Below are positions 55,778 through 64,000 of a stretch of 64,000 nt of DNA, piece by piece. The notes under the pieces are model-generated. The model saw only the letters and a list, made by a program, of their open reading frames with translations. It did no database searches and was not told the DNA's origin. This DNA is from an uncultured Chloroflexia bacterium (GTDB lineage: Bacteria > Chloroflexota > Anaerolineae > Caldilineales > Caldilineaceae). Every line of letters starts with the position of its first letter. The first letter of the stretch is position 1. The DNA lies in the NCBI GenBank assembly GCA_963848115.1, contig CAWKCP010000024.1, forward strand, positions 281,731 to 345,730, in the 5' to 3' direction. The position numbers and the translations under genes are program-made.

Positions 55778-57042
55778 TTCTGCCCGGCCTTCCGGGCGCC
55801 TGCTCGTTTTCGAATCAACTGTTCGTCCGGTTGCCAGAGTGCGAAATATCCGCTTCCCATCTGTATGACGATGATGGCGGCCGTAAGCAACAGTCCATTG
55901 GTCTGCCAGACAAACCCGACGGCCAACAGATCCCAGCAAGCCAGTGCGATCAGCGGTATGGCAGCAAAGCGGCCCACGATTCCCCCTGCAAAGAGGAGCA
56001 GCGCTGCCGCGGAAATGCCCGACAGCACCCAGAAGAACGGGTCGGATATGCTTAGGCCGATGGATTCTGCATACGCTGTCCACCCTGCGAACATTGGTGT
56101 TTCTCGCAGTAGGATGGAGAGTGCAGCATATGTGCCCAGCGGTCGCATAATCGCCGGGATCCACCCCTCAAGGATGCTCTTGGCCAGTGTGCGGATGTGC
56201 TGATAGCGGCTTGAGTCAGCCGGCAGGGCTCCGCTGGTCACGAGCCAGTCACGGCCAAAGCTGATCAGCATTGGTATGGCAAAGAGTATGGCCGCCAGTG
56301 TGGTAGCCGGCGGTGTGAAGACCGGCCAGAGTACGACACTGAGGAAGCCCATCTGCAGACCGGCAATGAGCCTGCGGTCAGAACTCTGAGTGAGATCGTA
56401 GATGGTACGGCCTCGCTTGCGGAGTATCCAATGGCCGAGTAGAAAGATCTCTCGGGCGAGGCCTACAGCTAGGTACCAGATCGGCAGTTGCCCATAGCTG
56501 ATGGCCAGCAGTACTGCGCCCAGCACCCCGATGACGTCGTACTCCATGTCCAGGCTTTCGCCCAACTTGGTGGCGTGGTCGGTGATGCGGGCGATGTAGC
56601 CGTCCAGGTAATCAAAAATGGCCCCGACGCTGTATAGGATTGCCGGAAGCCAGGCCAGCCATCCAGGTGGGCGGGGCGAAAAGATGAATCCGGCCAGCAG
56701 AGCGATCGCGATACCGCGCCCGATGGTCAGTGCTGTCCCGTATCCCAGCGTGGGCAGAAGGGCTGTCTCGTGCTCGCGGTGGTTGAGGGGCAGACTCTGC
56801 CAGAGCAACCAAAGCTGACGCGCCATGACGAGACCGGTAATCAGTAGCCAGCGTTGGGCAAAGCTCCGGCTCCAACCAGTCGAAAGTAGCCAGAATCCGA
56901 CCATGCCTATGGCTGTGTAGAGCAATGCCACTGCTCCCCAACGCCAATGGAGGCGCGTGAGCGCTCGACGATTCGCCGGCGTCGGCGACGTCAATCTGGA
57001 CATCTGCATGCTAGAGAGGGTGTTGCTCATTAATAGAGTCAC
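55774..57042 (-). CDS. CDP-alcohol phosphatidyltransferase family protein with an extra C-terminal multi-TM region
   Basis: The signature D-x2-DG-x2-AR-x8-G-x3-D-x3-D is present as DYLDGYIARITDHATKLGESLDMEYDVIG. 422 aa, about twice the minimal family size. Confidence 0.85.
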   Translation of the reverse strand: MTLLMSNTLSSMQMSRLTSPTPANRRALTRLHWRWGAVALLYTAIGMVGFWLLSTGWSRSFAQRWLLITGLVMARQLWLLWQSLPLNHREHETALLPTLGYGTALTIGRGIAIALLAGFIFSPRPPGWLAWLPAILYSVGAIFDYLDGYIARITDHATKLGESLDMEYDVIGVLGAVLLAISYGQLPIWYLAVGLAREIFLLGHWILRKRGRTIYDLTQSSDRRLIAGLQMGFLSVVLWPVFTPPATTLAAILFAIPMLISFGRDWLVTSGALPADSSRYQHIRTLAKSILEGWIPAIMRPLGTYAALSILLRETPMFAGWTAYAESIGLSISDPFFWVLSGISAAALLLFAGGIVGRFAAIPLIALACWDLLAVGFVWQTNGLLLTAAIIVIQMGSGYFALWQPDEQLIRKRAGARKAGQK

Positions 57043-57782
57043 CTATGCCGCTTTTCTTCTCGATTGAGGTCAGACCCTCCTAAGTGTATCAGTCTTGACG
57101 CAATGTGCCGTAAACATTCATCCAAGTTGTGTTCGATCTCCCGGTTTGGGATCCGAAGCGACTCCCATCGATCCGGCAGGGGCGTGCGGCCGATCTCCTC
57201 TGTCTTGTGTTCATCGCTACACTCGATACCCAGATAGCCGCCACGAGCGCGCAGTGTGATGTCGAAGGGCTGTCCGTCGACGATCCGATTCTTCAGAGGG
57301 CGCAGGCGATGCTCGCGCAGGGCATGCCAGAGCTTCTCGAAGGGGTCTTCATGGTAGGTGAGATCGAGCACGTCCTCTGCGGTGAGCAGGCGTTCGAGGG
57401 TCGTGTGAATGAAGGTGATGCGCCGGTATTTCGCCGACGGCACCGGTCTCTCCAGACGCTGAAGCGGACCGAGATCGATGCGGAAGTAGTAGCCGTCCGC
57501 CCGCGGATGATCGGCTTCCTGTGGCAGTAACTCGGCGCGGGTGGCCAGTCGATAGCGGCGTGTGGGCGCAAAGTAGGTGACGGTTTGCGCTTCGGGCGTT
57601 CCTTTGAACGCACCTGTCTGGTAGAAGGCCAGATAGTCTGCACCGATACGGCGCGGCGCCCGTTGTTGGGGAATGCGGTACCATCCTTCCGAGGCCGCAC
57701 GTTGGAAATCGTTGGCGTTGTTCATGACCGCAACCAGTACCGTACGCCGGCGAGTTTCAGCATCATGGTAATCAAGGGACAT
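57039..57782 (-). CDS. Hypothetical protein (possible C-terminal DUF559/Vsr-like nuclease-fold segment)
   Basis: 247-aa ORF with an ATGA overlap with the downstream CDP-alcohol transferase gene. The C-terminal NRIVDGQPFDITLRARGGYLGIECSDEH resembles the D...E.(D/K) core of DUF559 proteins. The assignment is tentative. Confidence 0.6.
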   Translation of the reverse strand: MSLDYHDAETRRRTVLVAVMNNANDFQRAASEGWYRIPQQRAPRRIGADYLAFYQTGAFKGTPEAQTVTYFAPTRRYRLATRAELLPQEADHPRADGYYFRIDLGPLQRLERPVPSAKYRRITFIHTTLERLLTAEDVLDLTYHEDPFEKLWHALREHRLRPLKNRIVDGQPFDITLRARGGYLGIECSDEHKTEEIGRTPLPDRWESLRIPNREIEHNLDECLRHIASRLIHLGGSDLNREEKRHR

Positions 57783-57826
57783 GGGGGATTCATCCTTTGA
57801 GAATAGGGTGGAAAATGGATTGAAAG

Positions 57827-57905
57827 AATGGTGAATTGTGAATGATTAGCGGCCGGCCATCGCGGGCACTGGCATTCACAGTTGAGCGTTAAGCGTTCAC
57901 CATCA
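57827..57905. repeat. GAATGGT-heptamer hairpin
   Basis: The left arm GAATGGT GAATTGT GAATGAT (57827-57847) and the right arm CATTCAC AGTTGAG CGTTAAG CGTTCAC CATC. The outer ATGGTGAA pairs with TTCACCAT. Confidence 0.7.
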
Positions 57906-58685
57906 GCGATTTTCTTCATTCGCTGTCTCAGGGACGTGCCGGGCATATAGATCGCCGGAGCCGGAATCTATGGCCAAGGATTTCAGCATCGAGACCAGAT
58001 GGTTAGCATCGATCCAGGTATCTGACTGCCAACGATGATCTTCGCCCGTTGTCCAATTGTACTGGTATTGGCCAAGGCTTTCGAGACGGTTCACACAGCC
58101 GATGGCGATATCGACGGCGGCAGGAATATACTCGACAGAGAGTGCGTCCAGCGGCTGTGACAAGCCGCGCAGTACGTCAAGTTCGTAGCCTTCGACATCG
58201 ATCTTGCAGAAGGTCGGAAGGCCGTATTGAGCGATCAACCGATCAAGCGTCGTGACCTCGACCGTGTGCGACGCCTCCCACGTAACGTCGGAAAATGAGT
58301 CGTCCTGGCGCACCGCGTCGATCCATTCCTGAGACAGCGTCGTCACAGTTGGATTGGCTGCGCTAACAAATAGAGGCAATAGCCGTTCTTCTGCTCCAAC
58401 GGCGTTGTCTACCAGTTGAACATCAGGATCATCTGCATACCAACGGCCTAGAAACTGCATGCAGACGGGCTGGGGCTCAACACCGACGACACGTGCATCC
58501 AGTGCTCGCCAGGCGCGTATGCGGTTGCCCACATGTGCACCGATATCGAAACAGAGATCGCCCGGCTCGATGAACTGGCGATAGAAGCGAACCAACTGGC
58601 GGTGTCGCCAGGGAATGCCGTGGTAGATCAGGAGAGAGCGCAGTAGGCCGCGCTGTTCGGCGAATCGTTTGGTCAAGGGTTTCAT
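57903..58685 (-). CDS. FkbM family methyltransferase
   Basis: CFDIGAHVGN (motif I) and FCKIDVEGYELDVLRGL are typical of FkbM. Start at ATG 58685 (MKPLTKRF). Confidence 0.88.
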   Translation of the reverse strand: MKPLTKRFAEQRGLLRSLLIYHGIPWRHRQLVRFYRQFIEPGDLCFDIGAHVGNRIRAWRALDARVVGVEPQPVCMQFLGRWYADDPDVQLVDNAVGAEERLLPLFVSAANPTVTTLSQEWIDAVRQDDSFSDVTWEASHTVEVTTLDRLIAQYGLPTFCKIDVEGYELDVLRGLSQPLDALSVEYIPAAVDIAIGCVNRLESLGQYQYNWTTGEDHRWQSDTWIDANHLVSMLKSLAIDSGSGDLYARHVPETANEENR

Positions 58686-58757
58686 GGGGAAACTATACTG
58701 TATGGCGTGGGTTTCGGGCAAGAGGCGGCAAATGAATTGTCCATTGACCACTTTCGA

Positions 58758-58838
58758 CGTTCAATTGTCAATGCGAGTGTCGCGCATGCATTGACAATTG
58801 AACGCTGACAATTCACAATTGATCATTTGTCACTCATC
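58758..58838. repeat. 17-bp palindrome continuing into seven tandem ATTGACA-type heptamers
   Basis: CGTTCAATTGTCAATGC (58758-58774) pairs with GCATTGACAATTGAACG (58788-58804). The heptamer array is ATTGACA ATTGAAC GCTGACA ATTCACA ATTGATC ATTTGTC ACTCATC (58790-58838). Confidence 0.85.
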
Positions 58839-58931
58839 CACAGGGCACGATTTGACGACTCCGATACATGGCGCTAGCCTACATCTATACAAGTTCCCGT
58901 CCATCGGCATATTCTGAAGGGGTACCATAAA

Positions 58932-60222
58932 ATGACGACGCAGTCTGCTGATCTCCAACCAATGTCACCTGATCCTGTTGAATTGGAGCCGGCTGTACTA
59001 GATCCGATAGCGCCAAATCCGATGGCGCCGGCCACTGAGGGCCTCGCTACGGCCGCGTCCGACACCACATTTCACACCGATCAAGTGGCAACGATTGCAG
59101 GCGCCCACTTCATCCATGATTCCTTCTCGGCATTCCTGGCTCCACTCCTACCATTGATTCAGGATACGTTGAGCACCAACTATGCCATGACCGGATCGTT
59201 GACCATTTTTACCCAGTTGCCAAGCCTGCTCAACCCTTTCATCGGCTATTTGGCGGATCGCATCAGCCTGCGTTATTTCGTGATTTTGGCGCCGGGCGTC
59301 ACCGCCACGATGATGACGATGATTGGCTTTGCACCCAACTACTTCACGCTGGCGCTGCTCCTACTGACTGTCGGCGTCAGCATTGCCGCCTTCCATGCTC
59401 CTGCTCCGGCCATGACGGCTCGCGTTTCCGGCAATCGTGTCGGCACGGGCATGAGCATCTTCATGGCTAGCGGTGAACTGGGACGTACCGTTGGGCCGCT
59501 TGTGGCGGTGACGGGGGTGGCCTGGTGGGGGCTGGATGGAATCTGGCGACTGGCCGCCATCGGCTGGATCACATCTGCCGTGCTCTACTGGCGACTACAC
59601 ACCGTGGCCGCGCGGCCACGCGGCGAAGGACAGGGCACGCTCAAAGCTATGATGCCCCAGGCCAAGCGTGTCTTTCCGGCCATCACCTGGATCATCTTCC
59701 CCAAGGTCTTTCTGGCCGTCGCCATCACAACCTATCTCCCTATTTTCATGCGCGATGAACTGGGTACAAGCCTCTGGTTGGCCGCGGCCTCGTTGACCAT
59801 TCTTGAGGCGGCAGGCGTGGTCGGCGCACTCTTCACAGGTACGCTGAGCGATTCCTACGGACGCAAGCGCGTGCTTGTGATCTTGCTCGCAGCCGCTCCA
59901 GATCATTTTGCTGATCTTCCTCTTTGGACCGTACTGGCTGATTGTTCCATCGCTCATTGGATTGGGACTAGCCGCTATCTCGACGACGCCGGTCATGCTG
60001 GCGGTTGTCCAAGATCAATTTCCCGACAACCGTGCCACGGCCAACGGGATCTTCATGTTCCTGAATTTCCTGACCCGCTCCATTGCCATCCTCTTCGTCG
60101 GCATGGTCGCCGATCGCATTGGCCTGACCGCTGCCTTCATGATCGGCGGCGGACTGGCGCTGTTGAGCATCCCTGGCGTTGCCATGCTGCCCGATACGGC
60201 GGAGACGGCGGAGACGCCATAG
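58932..60222 (+). pseudogene. MFS transporter interrupted by a one-base frameshift
   Basis: The N-part is good MFS sequence up to ...GRKRVLVILLAA. The C-part (ORF 59908-60222, open from 59881) continues with TM helices LQIILLIFLFGPYWLIVPSLIGLGLAAIS...DRIGL. The written frame instead yields an Arg/His-rich non-membrane tail. Confidence 0.8.
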
Positions 60223-60277
60223 GTGTTCATGAAGTGTGACGGGTATTGTGGGAGAAATCGATTGTGGAAGGAACAGT

Positions 60278-60736
60278 ATGACGGATCCAACGACACATGA
60301 TGTCATTCGACCGATTGCCATCTGCCTCTTTCGCAACGGCAGCCACATTCTGGTCTGTGATCTCCACGACCCGTCCGGAAATCGGCATTTCTATCGGCCG
60401 ATGGGGGGTGGCATTGAGTTTGGAGAGACCAGTTTGGAAGCCCTGCAACGTGAGGTGCGTGAGGAACTCGGGGCTGAGATTACCGCGCCGACCCTTCTGG
60501 GAACGCTGGAGAACATCTTTCTCTATGACGGCCGGCGCGGGCACGAGGTCGTCTTTGTCTACGACGCTCGATTGGTCGACGAAAGCCTCTATCGAAGACC
60601 TCGCTTTCAAGGGGTCGAGGATAACGGACTCCCCTTTGATCTCTGTTGGCTGGATATCAGCACATTGGGGCCGGACTCGCCACCGCTCTACCCTGATGGG
60701 TTGCTTGATCTGTTGGAAATTCGGCTTGGCGATTGA
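60278..60736 (+). CDS. NUDIX hydrolase
   Basis: Nudix box GGGIEFGETSLEALQREVREELGAEI. Start at ATG 60278. Confidence 0.88.
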   Translation: MTDPTTHDVIRPIAICLFRNGSHILVCDLHDPSGNRHFYRPMGGGIEFGETSLEALQREVREELGAEITAPTLLGTLENIFLYDGRRGHEVVFVYDARLVDESLYRRPRFQGVEDNGLPFDLCWLDISTLGPDSPPLYPDGLLDLLEIRLGD

Positions 60737-60764
60737 ACCGTATACGGAAAACATGGATCATTGA

Positions 60765-61550
60765 GTGATGGACGAAAACTACACCATCTTGCCCTTTCCG
60801 AGGTCGCGACAGGTTGTTGTTGATGCAGGGCGTCTCGGAGTAGGACGCCCCTTGATCTTCGGTCTTCTCGAATTCGATGTGACACGGGCGCGAACGTACA
60901 TCCGGGAACACAAGGCCACAACCGGTGAAACGCTCTCCTTCACCGCTTTCATTGTCACCTGTCTGGCCCAAGCCATCGCCCTGGACCCGTCAGTCCAGGC
61001 CTATCGGGACTGGCGCAACCGGCTCATCATCTTCCATGACGTTGATGTCGTGACCATGATCGAGGCTGAGCAAAACGGCGTGGCCATTCCCCACATCATC
61101 CGCAACGCCAATCGCAAGTCTTTTCGCCAGATCCACGATGAAATCCGGACGATTCAGTTCTCGCCGGCCCGGAGTCCTCAACGAGGCAAACTGGCCAGGC
61201 TGGGCGAGTGGGCGCCCTGGTTTCTGCGCAGACCGTTCTACTGGGCCATTCGTAAGAACCCGACTTGGTTCAAACGCAATGCGGGCACCGTCATCGTGAC
61301 ATCTGTCGGCATGTTTGGCCAAGGCGCGGGCTGGGGACTTGGCTTCCTGCCCATGCACACGCTGGGCATCACTATCGGCGGCATGGCCGAACGGCCGGCG
61401 TTGGAAAACGGGCAGCTGGTTACTCGAGACTACCTGTCGATTACCATCACGACCGATCACGATATCGTCGACGGTGCACCTGCTGCCCGATTCGCGCAGC
61501 GGTTCAAAGAGTTGGTCGAACAGGGATATGGGCTGCCTGAACCGGAGTAG
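60765..61550 (+). CDS. Stand-alone 2-oxoacid dehydrogenase E2-type acyltransferase catalytic domain protein
   Basis: The catalytic motif is TTDHDIVDGAPAARF (DHxxxDG). It has the ~260-aa CAT-like size, with no lipoyl or subunit-binding domain. Confidence 0.8.
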   Translation: MMDENYTILPFPRSRQVVVDAGRLGVGRPLIFGLLEFDVTRARTYIREHKATTGETLSFTAFIVTCLAQAIALDPSVQAYRDWRNRLIIFHDVDVVTMIEAEQNGVAIPHIIRNANRKSFRQIHDEIRTIQFSPARSPQRGKLARLGEWAPWFLRRPFYWAIRKNPTWFKRNAGTVIVTSVGMFGQGAGWGLGFLPMHTLGITIGGMAERPALENGQLVTRDYLSITITTDHDIVDGAPAARFAQRFKELVEQGYGLPEPE

Positions 61551-61664
61551 AAGCGGCTCAACGCTCAGCGCCTGAGGGCGCTTTTCGTTGCTAGCGGCGG
61601 GTTTCAACCCTGCCGAAAGAAGATCGCCCTCTGGAATCTAGACGCAATTGCCCTGTTGGCAGGC

Positions 61665-62885
61665 CTACTTGACCTTCTGGAACGTGACCTCATATGACCA
61701 GTGGGCTCTGTAGAATGGGGGCTCACAGCGGACATCCGGTGTTGGACAGATGGAGAGCTCCTCCTCTAGTGGTCCCAGCTTGCCGATGATGTCGGGGATG
61801 TGTGGCCACACAGTGTCCATCTGATTGGAAATCTGGCTGGACACATCACCGCTGTTGTCCGAGGCGACATAAAGCTTGAACTTTTCTCCGAACATCTCAA
61901 ACTCGGCGCGACCAGGGCCTTTTGTGCCGGTGACAATGGCAATCTTGTTGTTGACCGCGTCCTTGACCATCGCGCCATCGATGCCGTTTCCGTTTGCGTC
62001 AATCACGTTCACGAAGATCATGTGCTGGCCACCGTTGTTGAAGATGCCGCCATTGTTGTCGTCATAGCCACGGACCCGGTAGTCGACGATCTGGTACTGG
62101 GCGCGGGGATCGAAATTGCCCGCGGTCCCGCTGTGCGACAGGGGGACCCCCGGCGTGAGCGCTTCCCCCTCCACGGCAGGAGCTTCGGCCTGAGGCGCCT
62201 CTGCTGGCGCTTCCTCAACTACTTCAGCCACTGCGGGATCAGCCGCAGGTTGGGCTTCGGCGACGGGTGATTCTACCGGTGCTTCAGGAATATCGGTGGC
62301 GACGGCAACGCTTTCGGCGTTCTCGACCTCAGCCAGCGAACCGAAGATCCAGCCGGGCTGCTCGGCAAAGCAGCAGACTTGCCACCAGTCGCCGACTTCG
62401 TTGCGTCCGGTCAGGGTGAATTCCTCGCCACCGTTGGCCGTACCGATCTGAGGATAGTTGGTGCCTGGTCCACTGCGTACATTGATGATCTCAGAACTGA
62501 CGGTGAGCATCGGTTCGCTTGGCGCCTCCGTCGGTGTAGGCGCTTCCGTCACGGCCTCTGCTGTAGCCGCGGCGTCAGTTGGCGTTGGTAGCAGGATCGC
62601 ACTATCTTGGGCCGGCTGGTCGCCAGTCTCTCCCTGCGGATCTGCCTCATCGCTGGACGAGACCGTGGCAGTTTCATCGGATGTCGGTTCGGGGACCGGT
62701 TCTTCGGTTGGCGCCGGCTCTGGCGGCAGATCGGCGGCACTCTCCGCGGACGCGGGCGTCGGCGTGAAGGTCGGCACCGGTGGAATGGTTGGCGTCGGCT
62801 CCGCGCCGCTAAAGCGCGAGCCGCAGCCTGCAAAAAAAATCAGCACGATGCCGAAAAGAGCTATGTGAACGAATCGTTGTCTCAT
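61665..62885 (-). CDS. Lipoprotein with an acidic Pro/Ala/Glu-rich region, a bacterial SH3 domain and an unassigned C-terminal domain
   Basis: Start ATG 62885 (MRQRFVHIALFGIVLIFFAGC lipobox). SH3b: INVRSGPGTNYPQIGTANGGEEFTLTGRNEVGDWWQV. Confidence 0.8.
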   Translation of the reverse strand: MRQRFVHIALFGIVLIFFAGCGSRFSGAEPTPTIPPVPTFTPTPASAESAADLPPEPAPTEEPVPEPTSDETATVSSSDEADPQGETGDQPAQDSAILLPTPTDAAATAEAVTEAPTPTEAPSEPMLTVSSEIINVRSGPGTNYPQIGTANGGEEFTLTGRNEVGDWWQVCCFAEQPGWIFGSLAEVENAESVAVATDIPEAPVESPVAEAQPAADPAVAEVVEEAPAEAPQAEAPAVEGEALTPGVPLSHSGTAGNFDPRAQYQIVDYRVRGYDDNNGGIFNNGGQHMIFVNVIDANGNGIDGAMVKDAVNNKIAIVTGTKGPGRAEFEMFGEKFKLYVASDNSGDVSSQISNQMDTVWPHIPDIIGKLGPLEEELSICPTPDVRCEPPFYRAHWSYEVTFQKVK

Positions 62886-63113
62886 GCGGTACAATCCAGT
62901 CAAGAATACCCGTAGGGACGACTTCAGTCGTCCAAATTGGCAGGCCAAAAGTGACGATAGACTGCCCAGCGTCCATCTGTCACAGACGTCGAGCGTGACC
63001 GATTGTAGCAGTTTTTTGGGGAGTTGGCACGTTCGGCCGGTGGGAATGAGAATTGCTGGAACGTTCTTCAACGCTCATAGGCGGACCCCACGAAACGAAG
63101 ACTGGAGCGCTAG

Positions 63114-63833
63114 GTGGCCGAAAAACATGCTTGCCCGATGTGTGGCACAGGCGGGGCCAATCAGTACCACCAAGATCGAAGACGGACCTTCTACCAGTGC
63201 GCCCAGTGCAAACTGGTCTTTGTCTCACCCGATCAGTTTCTCTCTTCGGAGGCAGAAAAGGCGGAGTATGATCTGCATCGCAACTCGCCGGACGACGCCG
63301 ACTATCGACGCTTTCTGAGCCGAGCCTACTTGCCAATGCAGGCTCGCTTAGATCCTCGCAGCAGCGGACTCGACTTTGGTTCCGGACCCGGTCCAACGCT
63401 CTCTGTGATGTTTGCTGAATCTGGACATCACATGTCCATCTACGATCCCTTCTACGCTGATGATCCTGTCGTCTTTGACCGAACCTACGATTTCATCACT
63501 GCCACCGAGGTTGTCGAACATCTGCATCACCCCAAGGTCGAGTTGGATCGACTTTGGCGATGTCTGCGCCCGGGTGGGCTGCTGGGCATCATGACGAAGC
63601 TGGTGATCGACCGGGAGGCGTTTTCTACTTGGCACTACAAGAATGACATGACCCACGTCTGCTTCTATTCCGAGGCAACATTCAGGTGGCTAGCGCAGCG
63701 TTGGAATGCGGAAATGGAGTTTGTGGACAAGGATGTTGTGATCTTCACAAAGTCGGTAGATCCGGCTAGCAGCCGGACAAGTTCCAAGCTTTCCCTGAAT
63801 CCGTCTGGAAGGCGATATTTGTCACGCTGGTAG
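63114..63833 (+). CDS. Class I SAM-dependent methyltransferase with an N-terminal CxxC...CxxC zinc ribbon
   Basis: CPMCG...CAQC, then motif I GLDFGSGPGP and motif II-like FITATEVVEHL. Confidence 0.85.
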   Translation: MAEKHACPMCGTGGANQYHQDRRRTFYQCAQCKLVFVSPDQFLSSEAEKAEYDLHRNSPDDADYRRFLSRAYLPMQARLDPRSSGLDFGSGPGPTLSVMFAESGHHMSIYDPFYADDPVVFDRTYDFITATEVVEHLHHPKVELDRLWRCLRPGGLLGIMTKLVIDREAFSTWHYKNDMTHVCFYSEATFRWLAQRWNAEMEFVDKDVVIFTKSVDPASSRTSSKLSLNPSGRRYLSRW

Positions 63834-63947
63834 CGTGACCTACTGAATATCGAGCCGGTCTTTCAAACCGTCGTTTCTATTATTAGGCGAGCAGTTTCGT
63901 TCTCCATCCCATCACTAATGTGATAACGCTGCCGTTTGGGCCGGCGA

Positions 63948-63980
63948 AGAAGTCAGGCTTTCTCAAAAAGCCTGACTTCT
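63948..63980. terminator. 14-bp hairpin near the window end
   Basis: AGAAGTCAGGCTTT-CTCAA-AAAGCCTGACTTCT. No clear U-tract on either strand. Confidence 0.3.
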
Positions 63981-64000
63981 GGGTCTCACCAATCATGACG

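Overview
This is a GC-rich bacterial chromosomal window (roughly high-50s % GC by eye, not computed), dominated by housekeeping, transport and envelope genes. The gene content (PdxS/PdxT, QueG, sufR-sufCBD-sufS, Pro/Thr-rich secreted proteins, GT39, FkbM) and the style of the intergenic hairpins suggest a Chloroflexota-like lineage, but I cannot prove this without searches.

I support about 52 protein genes, in this order:
- prmA (partial, missing from the ORF track), dnaJ, coaE
- an FAD oxidoreductase
- a LivJ/HMGF-type branched-chain amino-acid ABC transporter
- UDP-sulfoquinovose synthase (sqdB)
- a TetR regulator with a DUF4281-like protein and a membrane protein
- an alpha/beta hydrolase
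- a polar amino-acid binding protein plus permease
- a nitroreductase
- a RelE/ParE toxin with an HTH antitoxin
- a minus-strand peptide/amino-acid catabolism block: amidohydrolase, M20 peptidase, threonine-dehydratase-like enzyme, S9 peptidase, aminotransferase
- a META/DUF4377 lipoprotein and an SH3-PA14 protein
- pdxS-pdxT, DUF4013, queG, an MFS transporter
- sufR-sufC-sufB-sufD-rhodanese-sufS-Rieske-sufT
- GT39 with a 983-aa Pro/Thr-rich surface protein
- birA and an HD hydrolase
- a CDP-alcohol phosphatidyltransferase / flippase-like operon
- FkbM methyltransferase, MFS, NUDIX, an E2-like acyltransferase, an SH3 lipoprotein, a SAM methyltransferase

I recognised no rRNA, tRNA, CRISPR array, transposase or integrase.

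Main observations:
1. Five otherwise intact genes, including pdxS, are each broken by a frameshift that is repaired by deleting exactly one base. All five have the same sign.
2. There is an abundant family of intergenic hairpin elements whose arms are tandem 7-nt units (GGGGATT, AAGATCG, GGTGAAT, ATTGACA, ACTGCGT) or 10-nt units (CACAGATG). They punctuate every junction of the suf operon and resemble cyanobacterial STRR heptamers.
3. A 35-nt REP-like element (GTAGGGGCGTGCCCTTGTGGCCGCC...) sits at three gene 3' ends, and in two cases supplies the stop codon.
4. Two predicted leaderless, operator-overlapped promoters (tetR and relE) and a consensus promoter with a roughly 390-nt structured leader before the liv operon.
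5. Two gene modules with plausible undescribed roles: the Pro/Thr-rich surface protein with GT39, and the CDP-alcohol transferase with flippase-like and secreted proteins.

I did not find a convincing new defence-type multi-gene system. All family calls rest on motif recognition from memory, not on database searches.
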